In this document: positions 17,108 to 27,163 of the stretch, in pieces | Position numbering within the stretch: the stretch's first letter is position 1 | How the letters are laid out: every line of letters starts with the position of its first letter | The notes under the pieces: model-generated | Told to the model about the DNA's origin: nothing | What the model saw: the letters and a program-made list of their open reading frames with translations, nothing else | The model's database searches: none | Assembly: GCA_012841575.1 (NCBI GenBank) | Contig: DUUL01000004.1 | Coordinates: 1-51,395 of the forward strand | DNA from: Candidatus Moraniibacteriota bacterium | Lineage (GTDB): Bacteria > Patescibacteriota > Minisyncoccia > Moranbacterales > DUUL01 | DNA length: 51,395 nt | Direction of reading: 5' to 3' | Translations under genes and position numbers: made by a program

Positions 17108-17824
17108 ATGATAAATAAAATTAAAATTGGCTTAGCGTTATTTTTTATATTAATATTTATAATTACTTGGCAATTATTTTCAAACTACCAAAAGAATTGG
17201 CTGAGTAATGAAAACAATTCTTTGTTGGTTAATGAGTCAGTGGATCCGCTTGAAAATGATTCATTAATCAGGTCATCATTGGAGGTTCAAGAAAGAAAAG
17301 AGGAGGGTGATTTTTTAGACAAGACCAATCTACCTTTGGAGCGAGCAAGCGAGAGGGTGACCAAAAAGCCATTTGGAATTTTAATTAATCCAGACACTTC
17401 ACCGGTTCAACCAGAGCGCTTTCGGGGATATCATACGGGCACTGACTTTGAGGTGTTTCCTGAAGAAACTAAAGAGAAGGTTATGGTGTTTGCAATTTGC
17501 ACGGGAGAGATTCTTGCTAAACAAAAGGTAGTTGGTTATGGCGGAGTGGTGGTTCAAAAATGTCAACTAAAAGAAGAAGATGTCACAGTTTTGTATGGAC
17601 ACATCGCATTAGATGATACACTGAAGAAAGTTGGGGATCAGCTAATTATTGGAGAGAAATTTGCTGTGTTAGGGGCAGGAGAAAGTAGTGACACTGATGG
17701 TGAGCGTAAACATTTGCATCTAGGAATACATCGAGGAGCTGAAATTGTTTTAGCTGGCTATGTTGAGCGAAAAGAGTTATTACGAGCTTGGATTGATTGG
17801 GAGCTTTGGCAAGAATTAATATAA
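17108..17824 (+). CDS. M23-family (LytM-type) metallopeptidase, N-terminally membrane-anchored
   Basis: HxxxD motif in GYHTGTDFEV and HxH motif in KHLHLGIH. N-terminal TM IGLALFFILIFIITW. Confidence 0.7.
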   Translation: MINKIKIGLALFFILIFIITWQLFSNYQKNWLSNENNSLLVNESVDPLENDSLIRSSLEVQERKEEGDFLDKTNLPLERASERVTKKPFGILINPDTSPVQPERFRGYHTGTDFEVFPEETKEKVMVFAICTGEILAKQKVVGYGGVVVQKCQLKEEDVTVLYGHIALDDTLKKVGDQLIIGEKFAVLGAGESSDTDGERKHLHLGIHRGAEIVLAGYVERKELLRAWIDWELWQELI

Positions 17825-17890
17825 ATTGCAAATAATTATTTTTCATGTAAAATATATTTAACAAATGTTTAACTTAATAATAAAAACAAA

Positions 17891-19762
17891 ATGAAAAAGC
17901 AGGCTGAGCAAAGAGCAATTGACTATTTGAGACAGTATAAAGATCAGTTTGATCAAGAGGAATTAAAAGGTCAACTTCTTAAAGCTGGCTATGAGGAGGA
18001 TGTGGTTGGGCAAGCGTTGAAGGTTGCTTATGAAGAAACTAAACTAGAAGAACCCCCAGTTGTGCCGCCTTCTGTTTCAGAGGAAAAAGAACCAGATAAA
18101 AATCAATCGAGAGTGGTGGCAATTGTTTTAACAATAGGTGCGCTTTTCATAGGACTTGGCTTCTTTTCTTTTTTAGCAACAAATTGGGAGAAAATAGGTG
18201 ATGCATTAAAGTTAATCCTATTTCTTGGCTCTATGATTGGTGCTTATGCGCTAGGCTGGTACTTAAAGGAGGTAAAGAATTATGCTCGCACTGGAGTTTC
18301 TTTATTTTTCTTAGGGACGTTATTGTATGGTGCTAATTTATTTCTAATCGGTCAGATTTTTCACATTCCAGTTTACTGGATGGACGGTTTTTTGCTTTGG
18401 ATGCTGGGTGTCCTAGCTATTTCATTTATTTTTGAAAGTAGAATTTTTTACTACCTAGCTCTTTTATTAGGATTTGTTTCACTTCCTGGCTATTTTTATT
18501 ATTTTATATTAGGAATTGTTTCTTCAGATCTCTCGCCTTCCAGTGCCCCCTTGGTTAATGATTCATATATAGCTATTTCGGTTATCTTAAGTATTATTTC
18601 AGCGGCTTCAGTTTTTTGGATTGGCCTGGTTTTGAGAAAAAAGGTTTCTAGTGGAGCAGAAGATTTAGTTGGGGAGGGAAAGTCTGAAGTATCGAGTAGT
18701 GGTGACTGGACTGGTTTTGGTTGGATTGTTTTTGCTAGTGTTCTCATCCCAATTTTTGGTTGGCTTTACCTATTGTTCAATTTTATTTCTAGGAAAAAGA
18801 TTTCACCGAAGGAAAAGGAATTTTATTTTATGAGTGAACTCTTTTTCATGTTAACAATTGCTTTTGTGGGAGTTTTTATCTTACTTTCTGGTTATGTATT
18901 AGGGATTGGATATATTGGAGGAGGCGCTTTGTTTATTGCTATGTTAATCGGTTTTTTAATCGCCTATTACTTCGATTCAATAACAACCCTTTTTATGGCA
19001 ATGTTTCTAGTTATGAGTTGGTGGATGTTTAAGGCTTCATTTTGGTTGGATGAAGCAGGTGTTCATGAGTTTGCAAAGTTTATTGGGCTTTGGCTGATAG
19101 GTTCCCTGGGCTATATTTTTGCTAGATTGGTTATGCGCAAGAAAGAGTTTTTTTCCAAGGCTTTATTTATTTTCTCTGTTCCAATAATCATTTTTTATAT
19201 TCTTGTTTTGTCAACTGAGAGTGGAGTTATGGCTATTGAATCTTTAATGGAGGGTGATTCAATATTTAATTCTTGGAAGTTAATGATTGTTTTAACAGGA
19301 CTCTTATTTGCTGTAGTTGGCTTGTCAGTCTACTCTTTATCTAAAAAGCTAATTGTCTTAGTAGAGGTTGCATTGTTAATAGTTTTTTCTTTTCTGCTTT
19401 TTTTCTTAGGTCTGTTGCCCGAGCTCGAATTCTTCAAAAGCAACTATGATTCTGTAACTGCCTCCTATAAAGCAGGTCTTTCCTTATCAGCAGCGGGGAT
19501 AGCTTTTCTAGTTTTAACAAACATCATTTTATTTTCTATCTTTTTGGGAGCTGTATTTATTGGCTATAAGCAAAAGAATCAAACACTTGTGAATATTGGA
19601 CTTTCGTTAATTTTTGTTTTTGCCGTGATTAAATACTTTAACTTCTTTTTTAGCTTCTTGGATAAGAGCATATTTTTTACTACAGCTGGAATATTATTTA
19701 TGGTGTTTGGTTGGGCAATGGAGGTTGGGCGTAGAAAAATTTTAAATGAAATTAAACAGTAA
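17891..19762 (+). CDS. Large polytopic membrane protein, DUF2157/DUF4401-like
   Basis: 623 aa. A soluble roughly 75-aa N-terminal helical domain followed by well over ten hydrophobic helices. The call rests on architecture and on the GDYXXLXY gene immediately downstream, a known conserved pairing. Confidence 0.45.
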   Translation: MKKQAEQRAIDYLRQYKDQFDQEELKGQLLKAGYEEDVVGQALKVAYEETKLEEPPVVPPSVSEEKEPDKNQSRVVAIVLTIGALFIGLGFFSFLATNWEKIGDALKLILFLGSMIGAYALGWYLKEVKNYARTGVSLFFLGTLLYGANLFLIGQIFHIPVYWMDGFLLWMLGVLAISFIFESRIFYYLALLLGFVSLPGYFYYFILGIVSSDLSPSSAPLVNDSYIAISVILSIISAASVFWIGLVLRKKVSSGAEDLVGEGKSEVSSSGDWTGFGWIVFASVLIPIFGWLYLLFNFISRKKISPKEKEFYFMSELFFMLTIAFVGVFILLSGYVLGIGYIGGGALFIAMLIGFLIAYYFDSITTLFMAMFLVMSWWMFKASFWLDEAGVHEFAKFIGLWLIGSLGYIFARLVMRKKEFFSKALFIFSVPIIIFYILVLSTESGVMAIESLMEGDSIFNSWKLMIVLTGLLFAVVGLSVYSLSKKLIVLVEVALLIVFSFLLFFLGLLPELEFFKSNYDSVTASYKAGLSLSAAGIAFLVLTNIILFSIFLGAVFIGYKQKNQTLVNIGLSLIFVFAVIKYFNFFFSFLDKSIFFTTAGILFMVFGWAMEVGRRKILNEIKQ

Positions 19763-19773
19763 TTTCTCAATTT

Positions 19774-20340
19774 ATGAAAAAAATTGATAAGAATAGTGCG
19801 TTAAAGTTGTTGGCGGTGGTTTTGGTGCAACTCTTTATTGTCTTTAGTTTAGGGGCTTATTACTTTTCAATTCATCAAGGTGGAGAAATAATCAGGCTTG
19901 AAATTGAGCCAGTAGATCCGACTGACCTAATTAGAGGAGACTATGTTGTTTTTAGTTATAGAGGTATTTCTAGAATTTATTTATCTGAACATGGATACTC
20001 CGAAGAATCCTTTCGGTTAGGAGATAATATCTACGTTTCTTTAGTTGAGAGAAGCGATGGCGTTTCGCAATTAGGAGAGGTTAGCAAGGAAAAGCCAGAA
20101 TCGGGAGTTTTTTTAACGGGGAGAGTAAAAAAAATAAGGCAAGATACTGCAACAGTTATTTATGGAATTGAAGAGTATTTTATTCCAGAGAGAACTGGAA
20201 GAATGGTTGAATTTCGGGGTAAAAAGGTTGAGGCAGAGGTGGCTGTTTCTAAAACAGGAAAAGCAGTTTTGCGGGAAATATATTTAAACGGTGAGGTTTG
20301 GCCAGGATCAAAATCAGAAGATCGTAATTGGGTAGAGTAA
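19774..20340 (+). CDS. GDYXXLXY-domain protein, N-terminally anchored
   Basis: IEPVDPTDLIRGDYVVFSY carries the family-defining GDYxx(L/F)xY motif. N-terminal TM LLAVVLVQLFIVFSLGAYYF. 11-nt gap after the preceding gene. Confidence 0.6.
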   Translation: MKKIDKNSALKLLAVVLVQLFIVFSLGAYYFSIHQGGEIIRLEIEPVDPTDLIRGDYVVFSYRGISRIYLSEHGYSEESFRLGDNIYVSLVERSDGVSQLGEVSKEKPESGVFLTGRVKKIRQDTATVIYGIEEYFIPERTGRMVEFRGKKVEAEVAVSKTGKAVLREIYLNGEVWPGSKSEDRNWVE

Positions 20341-20344
20341 ATAA

Positions 20345-21400
20345 ATGAATATAAAAACTAAAGTTTTGTTAGTTGGCTTATTGGTTTTTCTTTGGGTGGC
20401 TTTTTTTGTTTGGTGGAAAACAGAAAGGGAGGCATTTAATAGTGTGGCGAGCAACTCTAATATTATAGTTGATTTTGAGGCAAGAGAAGGTGATGGTTCG
20501 ACTGAGGTTGGTGAGGAGCTACAAAAGGCAGGCCTGATTAAACATCGTTGGTATTTTTACTACTATGTTTGGAAAACTAAGACTGACAGCAAGCTACAAG
20601 CGGGGACCTATGAACTATCACCCAATATGAAGATTGAGGAAATAGTCAATAAAATGACTAGGGGTGAGGTTAAGTTAAAGACAGTTAAATTGGTAGTGCC
20701 CGAAGGCTTTAATAACCAAAAAATTATTAAGCTTTTGAAAGAGAAGAAGCCAGAACTAGCAGAGCGGTTTCAAGAGTTAGCTATGTGTCAGTGTTTAAAT
20801 CAACCTGACTGTGAGTGTGATTCATTCAGTCAAAAGTTTGATTTTATCAAGCAACTTCCCAAAGGGGTAAACTTGGAGGGCTATCTTTTCCCAGATACCT
20901 ATTTTATTGAAGAGAGTGACACAGCCGAGTCTTTAATGGCTAAATTTTTGACCAATTTTGAACGTAAAATAAATCAAGACTTACTTTCTTTGATAAAAAA
21001 ACAAAAAAAGGACTTACATGAAGTTTTGACGATGGCTTCCATTGTAGAAAGAGAGGCCAATAATGAAATTGATCGTAAGTTGGTAGCAGGAATTTTGTGG
21101 CGTCGCATTCAGGAAGACATGCCGTTGCAGGTAGATGCTACCTTGTCTTACATATTAGGGGAAGATCGGGTAAAATACTATAATAAAGACATAAAGGCCG
21201 ACTCTCTTTACAATACCTATACACATAAAGGCTTGCCACCAGGACCAATTGCTAACCCTGGAATGGAAGCAATTTTAGATACACTTAATCCTGAAAAGTC
21301 AGATTATCTATTTTTTCTTTCTGATGCTCAAACTGGAGAAATGGTTTATGCAGCGACTATTCAAGAGCAAGAGCAAAACAAGAAAAAACATGGCTTGTAG
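20345..21400 (+). CDS. mltG: Endolytic murein transglycosylase MltG (YceG-like)
   Basis: N-terminal TM, LTMASIVEREA (catalytic Glu region) and YNTYTHKGLPPGPIANPG. Confidence 0.85.
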   Translation: MNIKTKVLLVGLLVFLWVAFFVWWKTEREAFNSVASNSNIIVDFEAREGDGSTEVGEELQKAGLIKHRWYFYYYVWKTKTDSKLQAGTYELSPNMKIEEIVNKMTRGEVKLKTVKLVVPEGFNNQKIIKLLKEKKPELAERFQELAMCQCLNQPDCECDSFSQKFDFIKQLPKGVNLEGYLFPDTYFIEESDTAESLMAKFLTNFERKINQDLLSLIKKQKKDLHEVLTMASIVEREANNEIDRKLVAGILWRRIQEDMPLQVDATLSYILGEDRVKYYNKDIKADSLYNTYTHKGLPPGPIANPGMEAILDTLNPEKSDYLFFLSDAQTGEMVYAATIQEQEQNKKKHGL

Positions 21401-21426
21401 GAGGCTACTTTACAAAAATAGTTGGA

Positions 21427-22539
21427 ATGAAGAAATATTTTTTTCAGTTAAAAGAACTTGATTTTATAGCCCTTTTGCCAATCGTGGTTCTCTTGGGTTT
21501 TAGTTTAATGACTATATATGCTTTATCACAGGGATTAGCAACTGGAGATTTTTCTAATTTTGAGAAGCAAGTCTTGTTTATTTTCCTAGGAGCTCTAGTT
21601 TTCCTAGGTTTTTTTTTGATTGACTATCGAATTTGGTTGGGCTACAGTGGCATACTTTATTTATTGGGGGTTCTTCTAATGCTGGCAGTCCTTTTTTGGG
21701 GGGTAACCATTCGTAATACTTCTGGTTGGTTTGTGGTCGGTCCTTTTAGCTTGCAACCTGCAGAAGCAATGAAGTTTTTTTTAATAATTTCTTTGGCAAG
21801 CTATTTTCACAAGCAAGCAACCAGTGGAGTTACTTGGAAAGAAATTATTATCTCTTTTGTTTATGTTTCAGTTCCTTCTTTTTTGGCAATACAACAGCCA
21901 GATATGGGTTCTGTTTTGGTGATGGTAGCTATTTGGGGAGTAATGATTTTTGTGGCAGGTCTAAATTGGAAACAGATAGCAACTCTTTTTTTGGTGGGAG
22001 TGGGTATATTATTTTTGAGCTGGACCTTTCTTTTGCATGATTATCAAAAAAAGCGCCTAGAAAGTTTTTTAGAGCCTCAGCGTGATCCGCAGGGGAGCGG
22101 CTATAATGTCATTCAATCAATGGTGGCGGTTGGAGCGGGTGGAGCGCGAGGGCAGGGCTTGGGAGCAGGCTCTCAAAGTCAGTTGAATTTTTTGCCGGAA
22201 AAACACAACGATTTTATTTTTGCATCAATTGCTGAGCAAAGTGGCTTTCTAGGAACTAGTTTAATTTTTTTAATGTTAGGATTATTATTCTGGAGAATTA
22301 AAAGAGCAGTTGACTTTGCTGCGAACAACTTTGGAAAGCTTTTAGCTACAGGCGTTTTGACTTTTTTATTTTTCCAAACTTTTATAAACATAGGAATGAA
22401 TATTGGAGTTGTTCCTGTGGCGGGAATTTCTTTACCGTTAGTGAGTTATGGCGGGAGTTTTCTTTTAATAACTTTGGCTAGCTTAGGTTTGGTTCAAAGT
22501 GTACGGCGAATTTCCAGTCAACACAAAAGTCATTTCTGA
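21427..22539 (+). CDS. SEDS-family peptidoglycan glycosyltransferase (RodA/FtsW)
   Basis: QPDMGS, LPEKHNDFIFASIAEQ and GISLPLVSYGGS are the conserved SEDS motifs. 370 aa with about 10 TM helices. Confidence 0.85.
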   Translation: MKKYFFQLKELDFIALLPIVVLLGFSLMTIYALSQGLATGDFSNFEKQVLFIFLGALVFLGFFLIDYRIWLGYSGILYLLGVLLMLAVLFWGVTIRNTSGWFVVGPFSLQPAEAMKFFLIISLASYFHKQATSGVTWKEIIISFVYVSVPSFLAIQQPDMGSVLVMVAIWGVMIFVAGLNWKQIATLFLVGVGILFLSWTFLLHDYQKKRLESFLEPQRDPQGSGYNVIQSMVAVGAGGARGQGLGAGSQSQLNFLPEKHNDFIFASIAEQSGFLGTSLIFLMLGLLFWRIKRAVDFAANNFGKLLATGVLTFLFFQTFINIGMNIGVVPVAGISLPLVSYGGSFLLITLASLGLVQSVRRISSQHKSHF

Positions 22540-22628
22540 TTATATTTAACTTGATTCTTTTCACATTATTAATGAAAGACAGTTTTTGTCATAGAGTGGT
22601 TACTCTTAAGATTTTTAGTTAGAGGGAT

Positions 22629-22657
22629 TTGACTTTTTACCAGTTAGTGACGATAAT
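22629..22657 (+). promoter_or_regulatory. Putative promoter (TTGACT - 17 nt - GATAAT) about 170 nt upstream of dxr
   Basis: -35 at 22629-22634 and -10 at 22652-22657. The -10 overlaps a perfect 15-bp palindrome (22655-22669). Confidence 0.4.
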
Positions 22658-22826
22658 CTTAGTAAGATTGAATTAAAAATATTTAGTTTTTAATTTTTGA
22701 CTTACAGACTTGGATTTACAGTGCCAATAGATTGGTTTTTGTTGGGGCGAGACAATTAATTGAAAGTAATTAAAAGAAATAGTTTTTATTTAATTTTACA
22801 AAAGCTAATCACTGTTTTTAAAGTCT

Positions 22827-23975
22827 ATGAAAAAGAAAAAAGTTGCTATTTTTGGTAGTACCGGTAATGTCGGTAAGCAAATTTTGGAAGTGGTAGATAA
22901 ATATCCAGATAAATTTAAGGCTATTGCTTTAACTGCTGGGAGTAATGCTGATGAGTTAAAAAGACAAATTAAAAAGTATCGCCCGCGTATAGCCGCACTA
23001 GCTGACCCACAAAAAGCAGCTGCTTTGGGTCGTAGTGTAAAAATACCAATTCTTTCTGGTCAAAATATTAATGAGGAAATTGCAAGAAGAAAAGACTATG
23101 ATGTATTTGTTAATTCTTTGGTTGGGTTAGTAGGGATTAAAGCAACTTTAGTGGCAATTCGCGAGAGAAAAAAAATTGCCTTGGCCAATAAGGAAACCTT
23201 GGTTGCGGCGGGAGAAATTATTATGCGGGAAGCATTTAAGTATAAAACTAATATTATGCCGATTGACTCAGAGCACTCGGCTCTTTTTCAATGCTTAAAC
23301 GGAGAAAAGCGCGAGGACATCTATCAACTCATTATTACTTGTTCGGGCGGAGCTTTACGTGATAAGACAAAAGAAGAACTAAAATCAGTTACGATAGAAG
23401 AAGCTTTAGGGCATAAGACTTGGGCAATGGGGCAGAAAATTACCATTGATTCAGCGACTCTAATGAATAAAGGGTTTGAAGTTATTGAAGCAATGTGGCT
23501 TTACGACATACCAGTAGAAAAAATTAAAGTAGTAATTCATCCAGAGAGTTTGATTCACTCTATGATAGAGTTTTCTGATGCTAGTGTAATGGCACAAATT
23601 GCTGAGCCAGATATGAAGTTGCCAATTCAATACGCATTGTCTTATCCAGAAAGATGGGAGGCGCCAATTAAGCGTTGGGATTTTAGACGAGCTTTAACTT
23701 TTCAAAAGCCAGATTTAGTGCGCTTTCCCTGTCTTGGGTTAGCGTTAAAAGCAGCAAGAGAGAAAGGTACCTTGCCAGCAGCAATGAACGCAGCTAATGA
23801 TTACATGGTAGCACAATTTTTACAGGGGAAGTGTAAATATCTTGATATTCCTAGAGTGATTCGTCGAGTGATGCGAGAACACAAAAATATCAAAAAACCA
23901 ACTCTAGAATCAATTGACCGAGCTATTATTGAAGCAACAAATAAAGCAGAGAAAATTTTATATAATAAAAAATAA
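22827..23975 (+). CDS. dxr: 1-deoxy-D-xylulose 5-phosphate reductoisomerase
   Basis: IFGSTGNVGKQ (NADPH site), LANKETLV, MPIDSEHSA, NKGFEVIEA. Confidence 0.9.
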   Translation: MKKKKVAIFGSTGNVGKQILEVVDKYPDKFKAIALTAGSNADELKRQIKKYRPRIAALADPQKAAALGRSVKIPILSGQNINEEIARRKDYDVFVNSLVGLVGIKATLVAIRERKKIALANKETLVAAGEIIMREAFKYKTNIMPIDSEHSALFQCLNGEKREDIYQLIITCSGGALRDKTKEELKSVTIEEALGHKTWAMGQKITIDSATLMNKGFEVIEAMWLYDIPVEKIKVVIHPESLIHSMIEFSDASVMAQIAEPDMKLPIQYALSYPERWEAPIKRWDFRRALTFQKPDLVRFPCLGLALKAAREKGTLPAAMNAANDYMVAQFLQGKCKYLDIPRVIRRVMREHKNIKKPTLESIDRAIIEATNKAEKILYNKK

Positions 23976-24679
23976 TGAACATTGTAATTATTCTAGCCTC
24001 TGGATTGGGAAGGCGAATGAAGAGGGATAAAAATAAGGTCTTCTTAACGATTAATCGTAAACCGATTATTTGGTATGCCGTGGAAGCTTTTGAGCGGTCC
24101 AAAAAAATTGATTCAATTATTATTACCTCTAAGCAAGGTGACTTAAAGTCAATGCAGGAGTTAGTTAAAAAGTATAAGTGGAAAAAGGTGAGAGGAATAA
24201 TTAAGGGTGGTCGAGAGCGACAAGACTCAGCTTATGCTGGTCTAAAATTTGCATTTCAAAAAAAATCTTTGAAAAAAGATGATGTCTTAATTTTTCATAA
24301 TGGTGCTAATCCATTTGTAACTTCTGCAGAAATTAATGCTGTGATTGAAGCGGCTAAAAATTATGGCGCAGCAGCAGTTGCGCATCCAACAAAGGACACC
24401 ATTAAGGAGGTAAATGAGAAAATGGAGGTAAAACAAACATTAGATCGGTCAAAATTATGGAATATGCAAACACCGCAGGCGATTATAGCATCATTGGCCT
24501 TAAGAGCCTTTGAGTGGGCAGAAAAAGAAAAATTTATTGGTACTGACGACATCTCTTTGGTGGAAAAAATTGGTAAAAAAACAGTAGTAGTTTTAGCTTC
24601 GGAGAATAATTTTAAGATTACTAATCCATTAGATTTGGCGCTAGCAAAAATTATTATTAAAAAACAGAAAGATGTTTAA
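23975..24679 (+). CDS. ispD: 2-C-methyl-D-erythritol 4-phosphate cytidylyltransferase
   Basis: IILASGLGRRM P-loop-like motif, GGRERQDS. The start overlaps the dxr stop by 1 nt (TAATG). Confidence 0.85.
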   Translation: MNIVIILASGLGRRMKRDKNKVFLTINRKPIIWYAVEAFERSKKIDSIIITSKQGDLKSMQELVKKYKWKKVRGIIKGGRERQDSAYAGLKFAFQKKSLKKDDVLIFHNGANPFVTSAEINAVIEAAKNYGAAAVAHPTKDTIKEVNEKMEVKQTLDRSKLWNMQTPQAIIASLALRAFEWAEKEKFIGTDDISLVEKIGKKTVVVLASENNFKITNPLDLALAKIIIKKQKDV

Positions 24680-25154
24680 TGTTGGTTTAGGGAAAGATAG
24701 CCATCGTTTTATTGCTAATTGCAAAAAGCCCTTGATGCTAGGTGGAGTTGTAGTGGATAGGGCAATGGGGGTTGAAGCTAATTCAGACGGTGATTTAATT
24801 TTGCACGCACTTTGTGATGCTCTAGAGCAAGCGTCTGGAGGAAATTCTTTTGATGTTTATGCAAGTAGAATGTGTGAAGAGGGTATCACAGATAGTCGAG
24901 AGTATTTAAAGGTAGCTTTAGCTAATATTAAAGAAAGGGACTACTGTATTCACAACATTGGAGTAAATATTGAAGGGAAGAGACCTAAGATCATGCCGTT
25001 GGCTGATGAAATACGTGGATCGTTAAGTCAATTAACGGAGGTAAATGGGAAATATATTGGGATTAATGCCACCACCGGTGAGGGTCTAACTGCTTTCGGT
25101 CGAGGGGAGGGGATGGAGGTTATAGTTATTGTAACACTTAAAGCATTAAATTAG
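24672..25154 (+). CDS. ispF: 2-C-methyl-D-erythritol 2,4-cyclodiphosphate synthase
   Basis: GLGKDSHRF and NSDGDLILHALCDAL (zinc ligands D, H, H). 8-nt overlap with ispD. Confidence 0.9.
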   Translation: MFNVGLGKDSHRFIANCKKPLMLGGVVVDRAMGVEANSDGDLILHALCDALEQASGGNSFDVYASRMCEEGITDSREYLKVALANIKERDYCIHNIGVNIEGKRPKIMPLADEIRGSLSQLTEVNGKYIGINATTGEGLTAFGRGEGMEVIVIVTLKALN

Positions 25155-25159
25155 ATTTA

Positions 25160-26032
25160 ATGAAAATTATTCGCAGATCTCCCGCTAAAATTAACTTGGT
25201 TCTAGAGGTTACGAATAAAAGAGTCGATGGATATCACTCCTTAAGAACGGTGATTTTGAAGTTAGAAAATATTTTTGATGAAGTGGTAGTTGAAATTAAT
25301 CCTGATGGCACTGGAATAAAAGTTGACTCTGACTCTGAGGCTATTCCCAAGGATGGAAATAATACTTGTTATAAGACAGCTCAAAATTTTTTAAGAGTGA
25401 TTAACCAGAAAGTTGGTCTTAATATTTATATCAAGAAAAGAATTCCTGTGGCAGCAGGATTAGGTGGAGGGAGTTCTAATGCAGCGACGTTGTTAATGAT
25501 TTTAAATGATTATTTTAAGCAGCCACTTTCTCAATCTGAATTAGCTAAGTTAGCAGTTAAAATTGGAGCGGATGTGCCACTATTTTTAATTTCAAAAAAC
25601 ATAACCTATCTTAAGGGGGTAGGCAACAGAGTTGTTTTCAAGAAAGACTGGAAAAAGAGAGGATATTTTCTTTTAATTAATCCAAATTTAGAAATATCTA
25701 CTCATTGGGCCTATGAAAATTTGGCAAGTACGGTTTGGTTTATGAAAAAGAAGAGAATGAATATCTCAGAAAAACTAATACAAAAAATTAATCAATCTAA
25801 TACTTTATCTTGGAATAGCTTGCTTTATAATGATTTTGAATTATTGATTGAAAAAGAATATCCAGTTGTGCGAGAATTAAAACAAGCACTAAAAGCATTT
25901 GGGGCTAATGGGGCACTAATGAGTGGTGCTGGTCCGACTGTTTTTGGTGTTTTTGATTCATTAGTAAAAGCAAAAAAAGCAGAGAGAGTGATTAAAAAGC
26001 AGTATCCTAGTTTTTGTTATTTAATAAACTAA
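25160..26032 (+). CDS. ispE: 4-diphosphocytidyl-2-C-methyl-D-erythritol kinase
   Basis: SPAKINLVL, GHMP-kinase motif PVAAGLGGGSSNAA, and MSGAGPTVFG. Confidence 0.85.
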   Translation: MKIIRRSPAKINLVLEVTNKRVDGYHSLRTVILKLENIFDEVVVEINPDGTGIKVDSDSEAIPKDGNNTCYKTAQNFLRVINQKVGLNIYIKKRIPVAAGLGGGSSNAATLLMILNDYFKQPLSQSELAKLAVKIGADVPLFLISKNITYLKGVGNRVVFKKDWKKRGYFLLINPNLEISTHWAYENLASTVWFMKKKRMNISEKLIQKINQSNTLSWNSLLYNDFELLIEKEYPVVRELKQALKAFGANGALMSGAGPTVFGVFDSLVKAKKAERVIKKQYPSFCYLIN

Positions 26033-26078
26033 GGATTAATTGATTCGGGCAAGTTATTAACTTTTTAATTTTAGATTA

Positions 26079-27137
26079 ATGATCAAACGTAAAAAAACTA
26101 GAAAAATTATAGTTGGAGGAGTTGGTATTGGTGGTGATGAGCCAGTGCGAGTGCAATCAATGTGTAATACTGATACGCGAGATGTGAAAAAAACTGTTGC
26201 TCAGATTAGGAAACTAGAAAAAGTTGGCTGTGAATTAGTGCGAATAGCGGTGCCTGATATGGTGGCAGCGAAGAAAATTGCGGAAATAAAAAAGAGAATC
26301 AAGATCCCCCTAATAGCCGATATTCATTTTTCAGCTGATTTAGCGCTAGAAGCAATTAATCAAGGAATTGATAAGTTAAGAATTAACCCAGGCAATGTTC
26401 AGCCAATGAGCAAGATGGGAGAGATAGCTCGTCTATGCAAGCAGAAAAAAATTCCAATTCGGATTGGTGTTAATGGTGGTTCCTTAGAAAAGGATATTTT
26501 AAAAAAGTACAAAAATAAGGCAACTGCTAGAGGAATGGTAGAATCGGGGTTGAGGCACATTAGGATTTTGGAGAAGTTCAATTTTAAAGACATTGCTATT
26601 TCTCTTAAAGCTTCTGACATTGAGCGGACGGTGGAGGCCTACACTTTGATGTCGCAAAAAGTAAAATATCCTTTGCATGTAGGAGTAACGGAGGCGGGGA
26701 CTAAGTTTCGAGGAACAATAGTTAGTTCGATTGGAATTGGTACTCTTTTATATAATGGGATTGGTGATACTATTAGAGTTTCTTTAACTAGTGATCCTGT
26801 GGAAGAAATTCCAGTGGCTTATGAAATTTTAAATGCGCTAGAAATTAGAAAAACTAAACCTTCTGTCACAAGCTGCCCTACTTGTGGTAGAACGGAAATT
26901 AATATTGAAAAATTAACTAATGAAGTAGAAAAGATTACTCGAGAATTTTCCAAGCCAATTAAAATTGCAGTGATGGGTTGCGTAGTGAATGGCCCTGGAG
27001 AAGCACGTGAAGCCGATATCGCAGTAGTGGGAGGAAGAGGGGTGGGTTTAATTTGTCGAAAGGGAAAGATAATTAAGAAAGTGGCGGAGAAAGATTTGCT
27101 AAAACATTTTAAGCGAGAGCTAGAGAAAGAGCTGTAG
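26079..27137 (+). CDS. ispG: 4-hydroxy-3-methylbut-2-en-1-yl diphosphate synthase
   Basis: VQSMCNT, TSCPTCGRT and VMGCVVNGPGEA (4Fe-4S ligands). Confidence 0.9.
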   Translation: MIKRKKTRKIIVGGVGIGGDEPVRVQSMCNTDTRDVKKTVAQIRKLEKVGCELVRIAVPDMVAAKKIAEIKKRIKIPLIADIHFSADLALEAINQGIDKLRINPGNVQPMSKMGEIARLCKQKKIPIRIGVNGGSLEKDILKKYKNKATARGMVESGLRHIRILEKFNFKDIAISLKASDIERTVEAYTLMSQKVKYPLHVGVTEAGTKFRGTIVSSIGIGTLLYNGIGDTIRVSLTSDPVEEIPVAYEILNALEIRKTKPSVTSCPTCGRTEINIEKLTNEVEKITREFSKPIKIAVMGCVVNGPGEAREADIAVVGGRGVGLICRKGKIIKKVAEKDLLKHFKRELEKEL

Positions 27138-27163
27138 AGTTAATTAGTTAATTAACGATTATT

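Noticed and set aside
22591-22620. AGAGT-ggtt-ACTCT hairpin followed by TAAGATTTTT after the SEDS gene, as a possible terminator
   Set aside because: It has only a 5-bp stem with an interrupted T-tract, which is too weak to call as a feature. It may still contribute to termination.
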